Below are positions 1 to 14,831 of a stretch of 64,000 nucleotides of DNA, in pieces (the stretch's first letter is position 1; each line of letters opens with the position of its first letter). The notes beneath the pieces were generated by a model. It had not been told where the DNA came from. It searched no databases and saw nothing but the letters and a program-made list of their open reading frames with translations. Made by a program: the position numbers and the translations under genes. Origin of the DNA: Eledone cirrhosa (lineage: Eukaryota); assembly GCA_964016885.1 (NCBI GenBank), contig OZ024759.1, forward strand, positions 21,886,001 to 21,950,000, given 5' to 3'.

Positions 1-2082
1 TACTGGCCTAAAGGAGGAGACGACTGCAACAACATCAAAGTAATATCGAATAATATAGGTTTTCTTTGAAGTAAGCTCTGCCAACATAAGCAGATCTACG
101 GGAAGCTTTCCCTAACATATGCATAAGAGGTATTCTATGATAAGGCAGCCATGTTTAGAGGAAGTTTGGCAAAGTCATATCAGAGAAATAGAAAAAGGTT
201 TTAAGGAGAAATACCGTTTGGAACAGTGTTCGCTTAATGTAGTAAGGAAATTTCGTTTACTCGGGAAGTATTTATTTATTTTTTCATTCAATTTAAACGT
301 CCGTAAAGAGCTAGTAAGCCATAGCAGACTAGGGGAAGTACCGAGAACTCATTGCAGTTGGTAACAAAAAGAGCTAGTGAGACAAAGTAATAAAAAAAAT
401 GGGAAAAAATAACAAAAATTGAAGGCCTATGTGAGGCAGATTATGCATAAGAAATCTCAGTTGTAGTCGTTCGAATGTCTGATAGAATACTTTGTGATTT
501 TAATTCCGGCTCTCTTCCCTCTCTCAGTTCAAACCCTGCCGATGTCAACTTTGGCTTTTATCATTTCGATATCGACAAAAAGAAGTACCAGTCCAGTACT
601 GGGGGTCGATTCTTCCTCTCTCTCTCATTCTGTGAAGAGGAGATAGGTTCTGTTAGGTTTAAAGTGCTCAAGATACGCCGTATGTCACTGTGGTTCTCCT
701 ACTAGTTACTCATCCATTGCATGGTCCCGTAACTCCTGATAGTCATAGGGACGCCGTTTGTCAATGACATACGGTGTCTCTTGGGCATTTTAAACCTGGA
801 CGAGCCCATCCCTCTCCAGGCCTAAGTACAGCAGATTTCTTCCAGAGAAAGGAAGAATCGACCCCAGTACTGGACTGCTATTTTTTTTTTATCGACCTCG
901 AAAGGATGAAAGGCAAAGTTGACCTCGGTGGGATTTGAACTCAGAGAGAAGAGAGCCAGAACGAATAACATAAAGCATTCTATCCGACGTTCTAACGACT
1001 CTGCAGATATGCAAATATTAGTTCTAGAGTTGTAGGTTTTCTTTTTATTATCTGTATTTGAAGTGGGCCTATTTTGTTTCATAAAATCCTAATTTATTTT
1101 CTTTTTATTGCTTTGGACTTAACTATTTTTATTATGGCAGAATCGGTAGAGCGTCGGACATCATGCTTTTTGACATAGAGTTATGGTCCTTTACTTTCTG
1201 AGTTCAAATCCTGCCGAGGTTAGCTTTGTCTTTCATCCTTACGCGGTCGATGAAATAAAGCACCAGTAATGTACTTGGATCGATTTAATCGACTTTTCCC
1301 TCCCCACAAATTGTTGGCCTTGAGCCTAAAATAAAAAACCATTATATGTAGACGATAGGGTGGTGGACTGGCAAAATCGGTAGAGCGCCAGACAAAATGA
1401 TTTTGTGGTCTTTGTTCCGAGTTCGAATCCTGTCGAGGGCAATTTGTCTTTCGTTCTTCCGAGATCGAAAATATAATGTACCAGTAAAGTGCTGGACTAA
1501 TTGTAATCTACTTTTCCTTTCCTACAAATTAAAGATGGTGGGTGAGACGCGTTAAACTGACTATTCCCACTCTCAGAGTTCACTCCTCTTAATGAGGTAA
1601 CCAACTGTGTCCCTGATAGCAGGGAGTAGGAGAGATGGTTCGGAAACCCAGAATACCAGCCGTCTTCACTGCAATAGGTACATCGACGAATCAATAGGAG
1701 AGAGAGGCCGAGACTTCAACAGCATGAAGAAGCAACGAAAAAAGCTGTAATTAGGGAAGAATTTGCTATTTATAGAGGTGATGAAATGGAATGAGTGTGT
1801 TAAGACGACCATGAGTTTATTTGGTATAAATAGCTTGTTGAAAATATATTCAAAGCGTAGCGGAGGGAGGACGTGAAGAGTTTATAATAGCAAATAATAA
1901 CTAACACTAGCTGTTCTGATTACTGCCTGTTCACCTACGAGCTCATCTTATAATTGTTTCCTTTTATAAATATTTTCTATATCACCAAGTAAAACGCATG
2001 ATGGAGAATTCATTATCAACATATTCATAAATGTATTGAGAACACTTTGAATAAATTGAATTAAGTTGTGCACTAATCTGCC

Positions 2083-2121
<39 letters not shown>

Positions 2122-2208
2122 TTCCATATATATATGCATATATATATATACACATACATATACATATATATACATTTACATATATATATGTACGCATACA
2201 TGCATACA

Positions 2209-2256
<48 letters not shown>

Positions 2257-2395
2257 CGCATACATACATATATGTACATATATATACATTTACATATATA
2301 TATATATATATATATATACATACATGCATATGTATATATACATATATATACATTTACATATATATATATATGCATACATGCATACATATACATAC

Positions 2396-2436
<41 letters not shown>

Positions 2437-2605
2437 TACATGTATACATACATATACATATATATACATTTACATATATATATATACGCATACATGCATA
2501 CATACATACATATACATATATATACATTTACATATATATATATACGCATACATGCATGCATACATACATATACATATATATATATATATATATACGCATA
2601 CATGC

Positions 2606-2636
<31 letters not shown>

Positions 2637-2753
2637 AATGAAAAATGGTGTGCTGCGTTGTTGCGAACATGAATATATGAATAAAAATAGACAAGGGTTA
2701 AAATGTCCTCTTCAGTAGTCTTCTGATTTATCGTTGGTATTTCGACGCATTAA

Positions 2754-2844
<91 letters not shown>

Positions 2845-3751
2845 GCATACATGCATACATATATATATATGGTCCGACGATCCGAAGATTGATAAATCCG
2901 TGGTAATCCGTTAGCGGGTACTTATTCAGGTCCATAAAGCAAGTGGGCCGCGTAGGCATGGAAAAATAGTTAATAAATGAAACAAACAAAACACAGGAGG
3001 CAATCTTTACACAATTATATTAGATTCACGCTTGGTAGAAGTGGAGGAGGTTTCGACGTTTCAGACAGAATTCCTTCTTCGGAAAACTTTGGATAAGGAG
3101 AGAATAGAGACACGTAAGAGTTGAATCATCCTAGAATTTCGTTAGGAATTACGTATATGTGTCTGTGAAATGCTCAGCCATTTTCATTTCAAAGTTATTT
3201 CACGAGCTAGACAACGTTTAGTTGATCGAAATCTGAAACACTGATCGTGAAAACTGACGAAGGTCCATTTCATTCATTCCTACTTTCTCGTTGTTATTTG
3301 TTGTTGTTACTGTTGCTGCTGTGGATGTTGTTCGAATGAATTTAATAAAGCAATTGAAGTTATAATACATCTATTCACCGTATGATGAATACTGGCCATG
3401 TTTTAGCCGGCAGCTATGGAAAGATGAACGAAGACAAAACCGCCATTTTGTTCACCTCTATCGGTAGCTCTGTTTTAACATGGCTGAATTTAGAAAACAG
3501 ACATATTCATTGATTCGTTATTTTGTCTTTTCTGCTGGTCTATATAACAATTGTATAGATATCGACTTAAGGGAAAAGTCATGACAATTAGCAAACATTT
3601 CAACCTGTTAAATGTTAACAATTTCTAAACTTGAAATAAAAGTTTATAATTAAAATACAAGACATCACGTTTCATTCAAAACAATTCGGCTCCATGTCTA
3701 TTTTAGAAACACACACATAGATACACATGTGCATATAGACATATGCACACA

Positions 3752-3858
<107 letters not shown>

Positions 3859-4344
3859 ACATATTAACACAGTACATACACACATACATACGCTATCTCT
3901 CCCATACACACACATTAAATTGAAACAAATGCTCCACACACACATGTATATACATACATATATGTGTATGTATATATTCACATATGCATGTTTATGGATG
4001 TATGGATGTATGTGCATGTATGTATGTATGTGTATATATGTGTATATATGTGTGTGTGTGTGTGTATGTATGTATGTTCTTCTGGTTTTATAATTTCATA
4101 AATGTTTACCAATAGAGAGAGAGTCGGTTTCTAACAGATACTAGACTCTCTCATTGGGATTTATACAACACCAACTAGGTATATATGTATGCATGTCTGC
4201 ATGCACGTGTGTGCAGGTATGGATGTTATTGTATGTGTAGATGTATATTTTGAGTTATATGTGTGCATGTGCATATGCTTTACACGCATATATGCAGTTA
4301 TTAGATGCAGAATTTTTGGAATGTTTGGCATGTATGTATGTGTT

Positions 4345-4799
4345 CGAATCGTATACGAGAAAGTAAAAAGGGTTATAAGGAAATGCATTGCTGTTACATT
4401 TCCAGACAGCAAAGGTCCGCCTATGGCGCAGACATGCAGCGTCTGTGCCTCAGCAAAGGTGGACTCGAAAGTCATCTTCGCGGTCATAAAGTGAGACCAC
4501 TGGTTGACTACCAGGCTGGTGTTGGAGATGATGCTCATCATGCCTGTCAAGCATGTGGAAAAGAGTGTAGATCGGCAGGAGGGCGCAAATGACATGCAAA
4601 ATACGTGAAATCATACCACAGTCGGCTTTTGCCAGTGAATGTTTTTGTTGCCAACTCTGCGCAAGACATTTTAGATCATTGGCTGGGCTAAAAAGTCACA
4701 TTCGATCGCAACACCGTTAATTATTAATATATATGTGCGTTCTTCTTTTTTTTTTAATCGTGCAATGGCCATACTCGATAACAAGGGGGCAGCCATCAT
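4345..4799 (+). mobile_element. Short 3' fragment of the same RTE LINE
   Basis: Aligns by eye with 25819-26189 (CGAATCGTATACGAGAAAGTAAAA...AGATCATTGGCTGGGCTAAAAAGTCACATTCGATCGCA) and with the 3' terminus. Confidence 0.88.
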
Positions 4800-5072
4800 G
4801 TGTTCATGAGAGATTTCATTTTCGTTCTCTGAATGTGTTTCATGTTTCTGTGTATAAGTTCTGAATCATTTATGTTGACTAACTCTGAAGAACGTGAAAG
4901 GTTATCAAGGGTTACTAAGGGTTACTAGGGGTAAGTAGAGGCTACCATGGGTCATTAAGATTACTAGGAGTAAGTAGGGGCTACCATAGGTCATTCAGTT
5001 TACTACGTGAAGTAGTGAAGCATTGACAGTGTTTATATTTGTAATACCGTCACGATACTTATGGAAACAGTC

Positions 5073-5104
<32 letters not shown>

Positions 5105-5107
<3 letters not shown>

Positions 5108-5184
5108 GGTGTCCCCAAAAAAATGTATACACACTTTAATTACAATGCTGTTGAATATTATATACATTTTTGGGGGACACCCTG
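5105..5184. mobile_element. Tc1/mariner-type MITE (related copies at about 34801-34901 and 45482-45597)
   Basis: TA-CAGGGTGTCCCCAAAAAAATGTATA...TATACATTTTTGGGGGACACCCTG-TA. Internal AATGCTGTTGAA is shared between copies. Confidence 0.85.
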
Positions 5185-5656
5185 TATATACATATATGTG
5201 TATGTGTGTTTGTGTGTGTCTGTGTACAATAACTGTATACATATATATACGCATATGTGTGTGTATGTGTGCGTTCCTGTGTGTGTGTCTGTGCGTACAA
5301 TATGATATATATATATATATATATATGCGTGTGTGTGTGTGTGTATGTATGTGCGTGTGTGTCTATGTGTGCGTATGTATGTAATGTTTGTCTGTGATGG
5401 TCATGAAACACTTAGAATTGCTGACTATTACCAACCTACTTCAATTGACTAATTCTCCACTTTTAATCTATAGCTGATCATAAAACTGTGTGTATGTGTG
5501 TGTCTATGTGTGTATGTGTGTGTGTCTGTCAGTATGTATGTGTGTGTGTCTGTGTGTGTGCATGTCTGTATGTGTATGTGTGTGTGTCTGTGTGTTTGTG
5601 TGTCTGTGTGTTAGCAGAATCGTTAGATCGACGGAGTGAATGATTCCGAAAACTAT

Positions 5657-5749
<93 letters not shown>

Positions 5750-6071
5750 ACTCGCTCTCTCTCTCTTATATATATATATATATATATAATAGTTAATAAG
5801 TATAGTTAATAGTTGAAAAACTCTAGTATAATTATCTTGTAGACAGGAAAAAGTGGAAGAGACGTTTGTGGGAAATGAACCATATACGAAATATGCTTGC
5901 TTCGTTTAATTTTAGTTATTACGTTAAGAGTACACTTGTCTGTGGAATACTCAACCATGTATACGTCAATTCACAAATTGGACGTTCAGATGATCGAACT
6001 GAATGCTTATCGCCGAAATCCACGGAGACTCCATCATCACATCGTGACAGGACCTGCTATTTGCAATAAGT

Positions 6072-6605
6072 CGACATCCTGGATAATTTAAAGTTCATTC
6101 GTTTAACACAAAATCACGCTACGTCCAAGTTAAATTACACTCATTTAACACCAAACCACATCCTGACCAATTTAAATTTCACACGTTTAACATCAAACCA
6201 CATCCTGACCAATCTAAATCACATTCGTTTAACAACATCAAACTACATCCTGACCAATTTAACTTTCACCTGTTTAACATCACCAAACTACATTCTGACC
6301 AATTTAAATCACATTCGTTCAACAACAGATAAGAGGCTGACAAATATAAATTTCACACTTTTAACAACATCAAATTACATCATGACCAGTTTAAATAACA
6401 TCCGTTTAACAACATCAAACCACATCTTGACCAAATTAAATTTCATTCGTTTAACAACACCAAACCACATCCTGACCAATTTAAATTTTATTCGTTTAAC
6501 ATCAAGCCACATCCTGACTAATTTAAATCACAAGCGTTTAACAACAGACTACATCCTGAAAAATCTTAATTTCTCTCGTTTAACAACATCAAACATTCTT
6601 AACAT
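6072..6605. repeat. Diverged 45/48-bp minisatellite (about 11-12 units)
   Basis: Unit ACATCCTGACCAATTTAAATTTCATTCGTTTAACA(ACA)TCAAACC. Confidence 0.85.
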
Positions 6606-6824
6606 TTTAAAACCTGTCTCAGTTAGTTCAGTCACCAGTTTGTGTAGAGTCATTATGTGAAAATATACACAACGCACATACATTTTGTGTCTGTGCGTGT
6701 GTGAGAGAGAAAGAGTGTGTGTGTGTATGTGCATATATACGTAGGTATTTATATATGTCTCTCTCTATCTCTTATATATATATATAGGCACATTGTCTAT
6801 GTAATCCACAGAATTACTGAATCA

Positions 6825-6922
<98 letters not shown>

Positions 6923-7389
6923 TATTTATGTATTAATGAATGCATGTACGAATCCATGCATATTTGTATATTTATGTATTTATGCGTGTGCGAAAATTTG
7001 CCTCTGATGTTTTGTGGGATTTTATGTTTCATGTTTATTTTTTCACTTTCAGTTTTAGATTTTTAGATAAAGCAAAGTGAGGCAAATTGGGCAGGAAGAA
7101 CGTGGTAAAGAAAATGGCGTTGAGAAGACGTGAAACCGGAAAAAGACAAATAAAAAAGATGGCTATAATTGAGAGAAGGTGATAAGGAAGAAGTAGATGA
7201 GCGGAATTTTGATCTGGTGACGTAGACAGCTAAGTAGGAGGTCATCATAGAGTAAATAACTACAGCCTTGTTGCAAGTTAGCAACTCTAAACAGGATTGC
7301 TGTAGAAATTAACACATTTTCTCTTCTTTCTAGGATTAAAACACTACTTTAGTATACTGAATATGGGTGACTGACTCTAGCTCTCTTTA

Positions 7390-8200
<811 letters not shown>

Positions 8201-8391
8201 TTGTATGTGGGCATGTGTGTATTAATATATATATATGTCATGTCTGTGTGTGTTGCTTCTCTCTTCTCAATCTGTCGGTGATTATAGACGTTATAAGATT
8301 TCTGTTCGTCCTAATGAGACTTCCTTTGTCACACAAGATTTCCTTTCCTCACACTCTCGCTCCTCCCCTTCTTTAGATGTTAGTAGAGTAA

Positions 8392-8432
<41 letters not shown>

Positions 8433-8560
8433 CGAAGGAGAGTTGGCGGAACGATGGATAGGGAACTGTCGAAAATTACCATTTAAAGAACATAATCTTT
8501 GCTGCAAGTCAGAAAGTTTCTCAAATTAGCAGCAGCAGCAACCACAACAACAACAACGGG

Positions 8561-8610
<50 letters not shown>

Positions 8611-8700
8611 TGTTTCTACTTTTGGCACAAGGCATTACTGGTACTTTATTTTATCGACCCCGTAAGGATGAAAGGCAAAGTATGATAATAAAATAATAAT

Positions 8701-8918
8701 GGTTTCTTATATAGGCACAAGGCCAGCAATTTTGGGAGGAGGGGAAAGTCGATTAAATCGACCCCAGTGCGTGACTGGTACTTTATTTTATCGACTCCGT
8801 GAGGATGAAAGGCAAAGTTAACCTCGGTGGGATTTGAACTCAGGCCGTAAAGGGTCGTAACTCTATGCTGGAAAGCATGGCGTCCGCCCTTCTACCGATA
8901 CTGCCAATACACCGCCCT
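8701..8918 (-). mobile_element. Full-length SINE of the same family, undeleted form
   Basis: Retains TTTGGGAGGAGGGGAAAGTCGATTAAATCGA. Related copies at about 1135-1346, 1358-1497, 10170-10320, 13540-13680, 20500-20715, 22110-22325, 22360-22720, 27670-27875, 27893-28115, 57475-57620 and 60970-61110. Confidence 0.88.
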
Positions 8919-10669
8919 TAATAATGATGATGATGATGATGATTTTATTTATTGGCCACAAGGACTAACATGTAGGGGACAATACAAAGACACGGACAGT
9001 GGGGGCTTACAATAAGCTCGAGTAAATGTGCACAATAGCAAATGATGATAATAATGATAATGATGATGATGATGATGATGATGATTGTAGTGATCATGAT
9101 GATCATGATGAGGAGGAGGTGGGGGGAGAGGAGAGGAAGATGATGATGATAATGATAATGATAATAATAATGATGATAATGATGATGATGATGAAGAGGA
9201 AGTGCAGAAGGGGAGGATAATCATGATGGTAATGATAATGATAATGATGATGATGATGATGATGATAATGATAATTAAGATGATGATGAGGAGAAGGGGA
9301 GGATAACGATGATGATAATAATAAAATACTTTGCAGTATTAGTTCCAATTCTCTGTTCAAATCCTGCCGACGTGAATTTTGCCTTTCATCCATTTAAGGT
9401 CGATAAACAGGGAAATTTGACACAAAAAATTGGCCTTTTTTTCTTTAGTCTTTTTTTTTTTTGAGGGGTGGGTTAATTTAAAATCTCAGTGGGGGTTGTT
9501 AAATTCGTGTTATTCAGTTAGTCGCGGTTCTAAACATCTTTGTAATTCCTTTAAAAGTAAGAATGGAAATATGAAAAGGATTACTTGTCAATTGAACATT
9601 TCACAATTCTAGCATGACTGATACAACTTCAAAGTAATTGATCCTTTACGTTAGTTTAGTTTCTTTTGTTTTGTTTTTTTAATTTATTCATTTAATGTTC
9701 CTTAGCTGCAAATCTTTTGATGTGAACCAGTAGCTTTAGAGTTCGAATAATATTTTTTTTTTTTTTTTTGACAGACAGACAGACAGATACTAAATTCAAT
9801 CACAATCTGGTATCAAAATCGAATCGATTTTGATTTTGACATCATGTTGTTTGAAATTAACTTCACTTCTCGTGGCCTTGTGGTTAGATAGTGTATTAGA
9901 CTGGCTGATTATTGTGTAAGATCGTGCAAGCTCGTGTTTTGGTTTTGCAAGATTCTTGATGTGAAAATCGTGTGTCGAAGAAAGAAAAATAGATATTGTA
10001 GTGTAGTGTGTGTGGACACGTAACACCTCAGGGAGTCGTAGGAGTGCCATTTTGACATACGGTGTTTCCAGGGCATTGTTTAAATCTGGCGGAGCCCATC
10101 TTCTGTTCAAGTCTGAATGCAGTAGATTTCTCGCAGTATATGACAGAGAGTGAGAAAAAGATATAAAGGAAGAATCGACCCTAGTACTAGACTGGTATTT
10201 GTTTATCGACCTTAAATGGATGAAAGGCAAAATTCACGTCGGCAGGATTTGAACAGAGAATTGGAATTAATACTGCAAAGTATTTTATCTGACGTTCTAG
10301 TGACTGCCAATTCGCCGCCTCTTTGTAGTGTAGACATTTCGGTAATTTAGGGAGCATTGGAGGAAGTTTAAAATCTGGAGATATGTTAACTACAATGTAC
10401 AATAAACAGAGACACCTTGTGGAATCGAACCAAGCATCTCCCCTACACTGCCAATCAAAATAAAAACATGCACTAGTAGATAGATTTTCACTCCAGTTTT
10501 ATTAATAAGATTTGCCGAAATAAAAAAGCATTATTAAACCAAAGAAGCCGTAATACTTATAACGATATACAAGAAAATATATTTAATCTTATTTATTTTT
10601 GAAATATATTCTGACAATAAATTTTCGACATTGATAATGACTATAAATACATTTAACAATAACGTTGCA

Positions 10670-11835
10670 TTGGTGTTTGGTATCACTTCTCTAAGCTAAA
10701 TGAATTGATACTAATGATGATAATGTCTAAAAGATGTTAACTTTAAAGTTGGGTTGGGTTGGTGCTTGGTTTCTTTTCACTAAGCTAAACGAACTGTTGC
10801 TAAGGGTGATAATGTCTAAAAGATGTTCTTAACACTAATGTTGTGTTGGTACTTCGTACCATCTCTCTAAGCTAAACGAACTTCTGCTGGTGGTGATAAT
10901 GTATAAAGATATAAAGATGTTAACAGTAAAGTTGTGTTGATGCTTGCTACAATCTCTCTCTCTCTCGGCAAAACAAGCCGTTACTGATGTTGATAATGTG
11001 TAAAAGATGTTAACACTATAGTTATGTTGGTACTTGGTACCACATCTCTTAGCTAAACGAACCACTGCACAAAGATGTTAACACTAATGTTTTATTGGTA
11101 CTTGGTACCACATCTCTTAGCTAAACGGACCACTGCTATTGGTAGTGTTAATGTCTAAAGACGTTGTTAACACTAATGTTGTGTTAGTACTTGGTACCAA
11201 ATCTCTTAGCTAAACAAACCGCTGCTGTTGGTAGTGTTAATGTCTAAAGACGTTGTTAACACTAATGTTGTGTTGCTACTTGGTACCACATCTCTTAGCT
11301 AAACGAACCACTGCTGTTGGTAGTGTTAATGTCTAAAGACGTTGTTAACACTAATGTTGTGTTGCTACTTGGTACCACATCTCTTAGCTAAACGAACCAC
11401 TGCTGTTGGTAGTGCTAATGTCTAAAGACGTTGTTAACACTAATGTTGTGTTGCTACTTGGTACCACATCTCTTAGCTAAACGAACCACTGCTGTTGGTA
11501 GTGTTAATGTCTAAAGACGTTGTTAACACTAATGTTGTGTTGCTACTTGGTACCACATCTCTTAGCTAAACGAACCACTGCTGTTGGTAGTGTTAATGTC
11601 TAAAGACGTTGTTAACACTAATGTTGTGTTGCTACTTGGTACCACATCTCTTAGCTAAACGAACCACTGCTGTTGGTAGTGTTAATGTCTAAAGACGTTG
11701 TTAACACTAATGTTGTGTTGCTACTTGGTACCACATCTCTTAGCTAAACGAACCACTGCTGTTGGTAGTGCTAATGTCTAAAGACGTTAACACTAATGTT
11801 ATGTATCTACTCTCTAAGCTAAACAAGCCGTTGGT
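10670..11835. repeat. 89-bp minisatellite, homogeneous core with degenerate left flank
   Basis: TGGTACCACATCTCTTAGCTAAACG recurs at 11281, 11370 and 11459 (period 89). Confidence 0.92.
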
Positions 11836-12200
11836 AATGGCGTCGACAAATCTTCACTGATAGCTTGCTGTAAGGATTACATTGGAATCATACAGATTTC
11901 ACCAAATCCCCCTGAGCTTTCACTATCAACGAAATAAAAGTAGTATATAATTATAGTAAAATCTTTACACGGTTTTGTTTCCAATGAAGCTCTTCCGTAT
12001 ACTACTGCTGCTACAACCGGTACTACTACTACTACTACTACTACTGCTGCTTCTCCTCCTCCTACTACTACTACTACTGCTTCTACCGCTACTATTACTA
12101 CTGCTGCTGCTACTACTTTTACTACTACTGCTGCAACGACGTATTTCCTCGATTTCTGTTTGTCGAATCACTAAGTTACGAGACATAAATACACACACAT

Positions 12201-12233
<33 letters not shown>

Positions 12234-12236
12234 GTT

Positions 12237-12291
<55 letters not shown>

Positions 12292-12801
12292 ATATATACA
12301 TATATATAAAATTATATATATATATATTTATATATATATATATAAATATATATAAATATATATATTGTTATATTTGGGGAGGGTCATATTTGCGTAATAT
12401 TGCCAGAATTAATAACAGAACACACTCACTGTTTGGTTGGTTTTCGCTTCTCGCTGTCTTTTATATATATATATATCTGCGATCTAACTTACTCGGTCCT
12501 CAATGTTGCCATTGACTGACCGGCGGTCAAAAATAATACAGATACAATATAGACACAAACACATATATATAGTTTACATAATTTACATAAATCTTTCGTT
12601 GCACATCTGCAACATCGTCAGTGGTGTTATATTCATTGTTCCTCCTGTTGTGTTGTATGTCTACGCCATTTTTTTGTTTTATAGATATGTATATATATTT
12701 TATATATATCTATTGATATGTATATATATAAATATATATACATATCAATAGATATATATAAATATATATACATATCTATAAATATCGATACATATATACA
12801 C

Positions 12802-12889
<88 letters not shown>

Positions 12890-13072
12890 TTCATATAAGT
12901 GTTGCCGAAACTCGAGTACGGGTATAAATTTATGGTACCCATTTACGTGTGTTGTATTAAGGCAAATAACTGTGTCTACTCTGGGAGTTTTACACAACCT
13001 TACCTATTGAGTACGCTGAGATGAAACCGGTACTAGCAGGGAAAACTTATGCTAGTTGCGTCAACTTATTAT

Positions 13073-13117
<45 letters not shown>

Positions 13118-13268
13118 TACAGTATATAGGCGAATTTGTTCCGTTTCTCACCCGTTGACAAGTTTGTGTTTCGATAAAAAAGTGAATACCAGTCAACCAC
13201 TGAGGACGATTCTCTCTCACTCACTCACTCACTCACTCACTCACTCACTCACTCACTCACTCACTCAC

Positions 13269-13351
<83 letters not shown>

Positions 13352-13862
13352 AAGAAGAAGAAGAAGAAGAAGAAGAAGAAGAAGAAGAAGAACAAGAAGA
13401 AGAATAAGAAGAAGAAGGAGGAGGGGGAATATATATTGGCTGTGTTCAGATATGGAGTGGAACGATATTTAAACTGCCTATCATACACCGTAGCCCAGTA
13501 ATTAGAGAGAGGGGGGAGGGGTAAATGTCAATAATATTTTATTGACCTATTGACCCTGAAAAAGTGAAAGACAAAGTCGACCTTGGCAGGATTTAAACTC
13601 AAAGAGTAGAGAGCCGGAACGAATACCAACAAGTTTTCTATCTGACGTTCTAACAACTCTACCTATTGACTGCCTTTCCCAAGCTGTTTACTACGACAGA
13701 ATTACACTTCTGCTAAATCGGGGCTGACCTAGGAATACACAACCACAAGAACAACAACTTCTACTACGACCAGAAATTGTAGATACAGTGTGTATCAAAA
13801 TAACATAGCTCAACCTGGAGTTGAAGGACAAAGTTGACCTCGGTGGGATTTGAACTGAGAGA

Positions 13863-13932
<70 letters not shown>

Positions 13933-14761
13933 AGAGAACTGGAACGAATAGCACAAATAATCAGAAAGCAATGTATCCAACGTTCTAATGACTCCGCCAT
14001 TTGGTCGCCTCCTGGCGTCTCTATTCTGCCAAAAATACAGGGAAAAAAAGTTTAGAATGCATACAGTAGGCATGCGCATTGCATGACCTACATCAGTGAA
14101 GTAGATCTTGTCTTTCCGATTCCTGAAATCTGAGTGGAATACATTTGACAAGGAAGAAGAAGATGTTTCGTAATATTTCCGTTTCCATTTCAATAGATCA
14201 AATTGTCAGCATCCTCTGCGGCGTATGTGTATATCGGTGTGTGTATGTGCGTGCGTGTGTGTTTGTATGTGTATCTGTGTGTGTGTGTGTCTCCGTCACT
14301 ATATGTAAGTATATGTAAGTATGAGTGTGTATGTGAGTGTGTGTAGGAATGTGTATATATTTGTCTCTGTAGCTGTATGTGTGCCTGCCTCTGTCACTCT
14401 ATGTAAGTGAGAGTGAGTGTGTGTATATATGTGTAGGAATGTGTGTATGTGCCATTGTATGTGGTGTATATATTTGTAGGTGTGTATCTGTGTGTCACTG
14501 CATGTGTGTGTATATGTTTGCAAATGGGAGAGTGATATAGTAGATCGAATGTTATACCTATATTTAGTATCTATACAGATACATATATGGTACACATACA
14601 CACGTGTATATATATATATGTGTGTGCATAATATATATATATATATATATACATATGCACATATATATATATATGTATGTGTATATATATATATATATAT
14701 ACCAAATGTACTTTAATACGTATGTATATACACCAATTTTATCTAAAACCCTATCTGATTA

Positions 14762-14831
<70 letters not shown>

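Noticed and set aside
119-364. 81-aa ORF at window start and 65-aa ORF at 1497-1694
   Set aside because: Short, with no recognisable domain or splice support.
1135-1497. tRNA-like A and B boxes
   Set aside because: SINE heads with expanded spacing and SINE bodies; no cloverleaf.
10321-10447. Possible minus-strand exon after TTTTATTTTGATTGGCAG
   Set aside because: Immediate stop in the phase required by the 20821 donor; no homology recognised.
11041-11800. Regular repeats that might be taken for a CRISPR array (also 30900 and 58800)
   Set aside because: Head-to-tail identical units with no unique spacers, eukaryotic context and no cas genes.
14040-14220. Non-repetitive minus ORF (MKWKRKYY...) as a possible second tincar exon
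   Set aside because: No Tincar-like motif, no convincing phase-1 acceptor, and the frame runs into a SINE and (GA)n.
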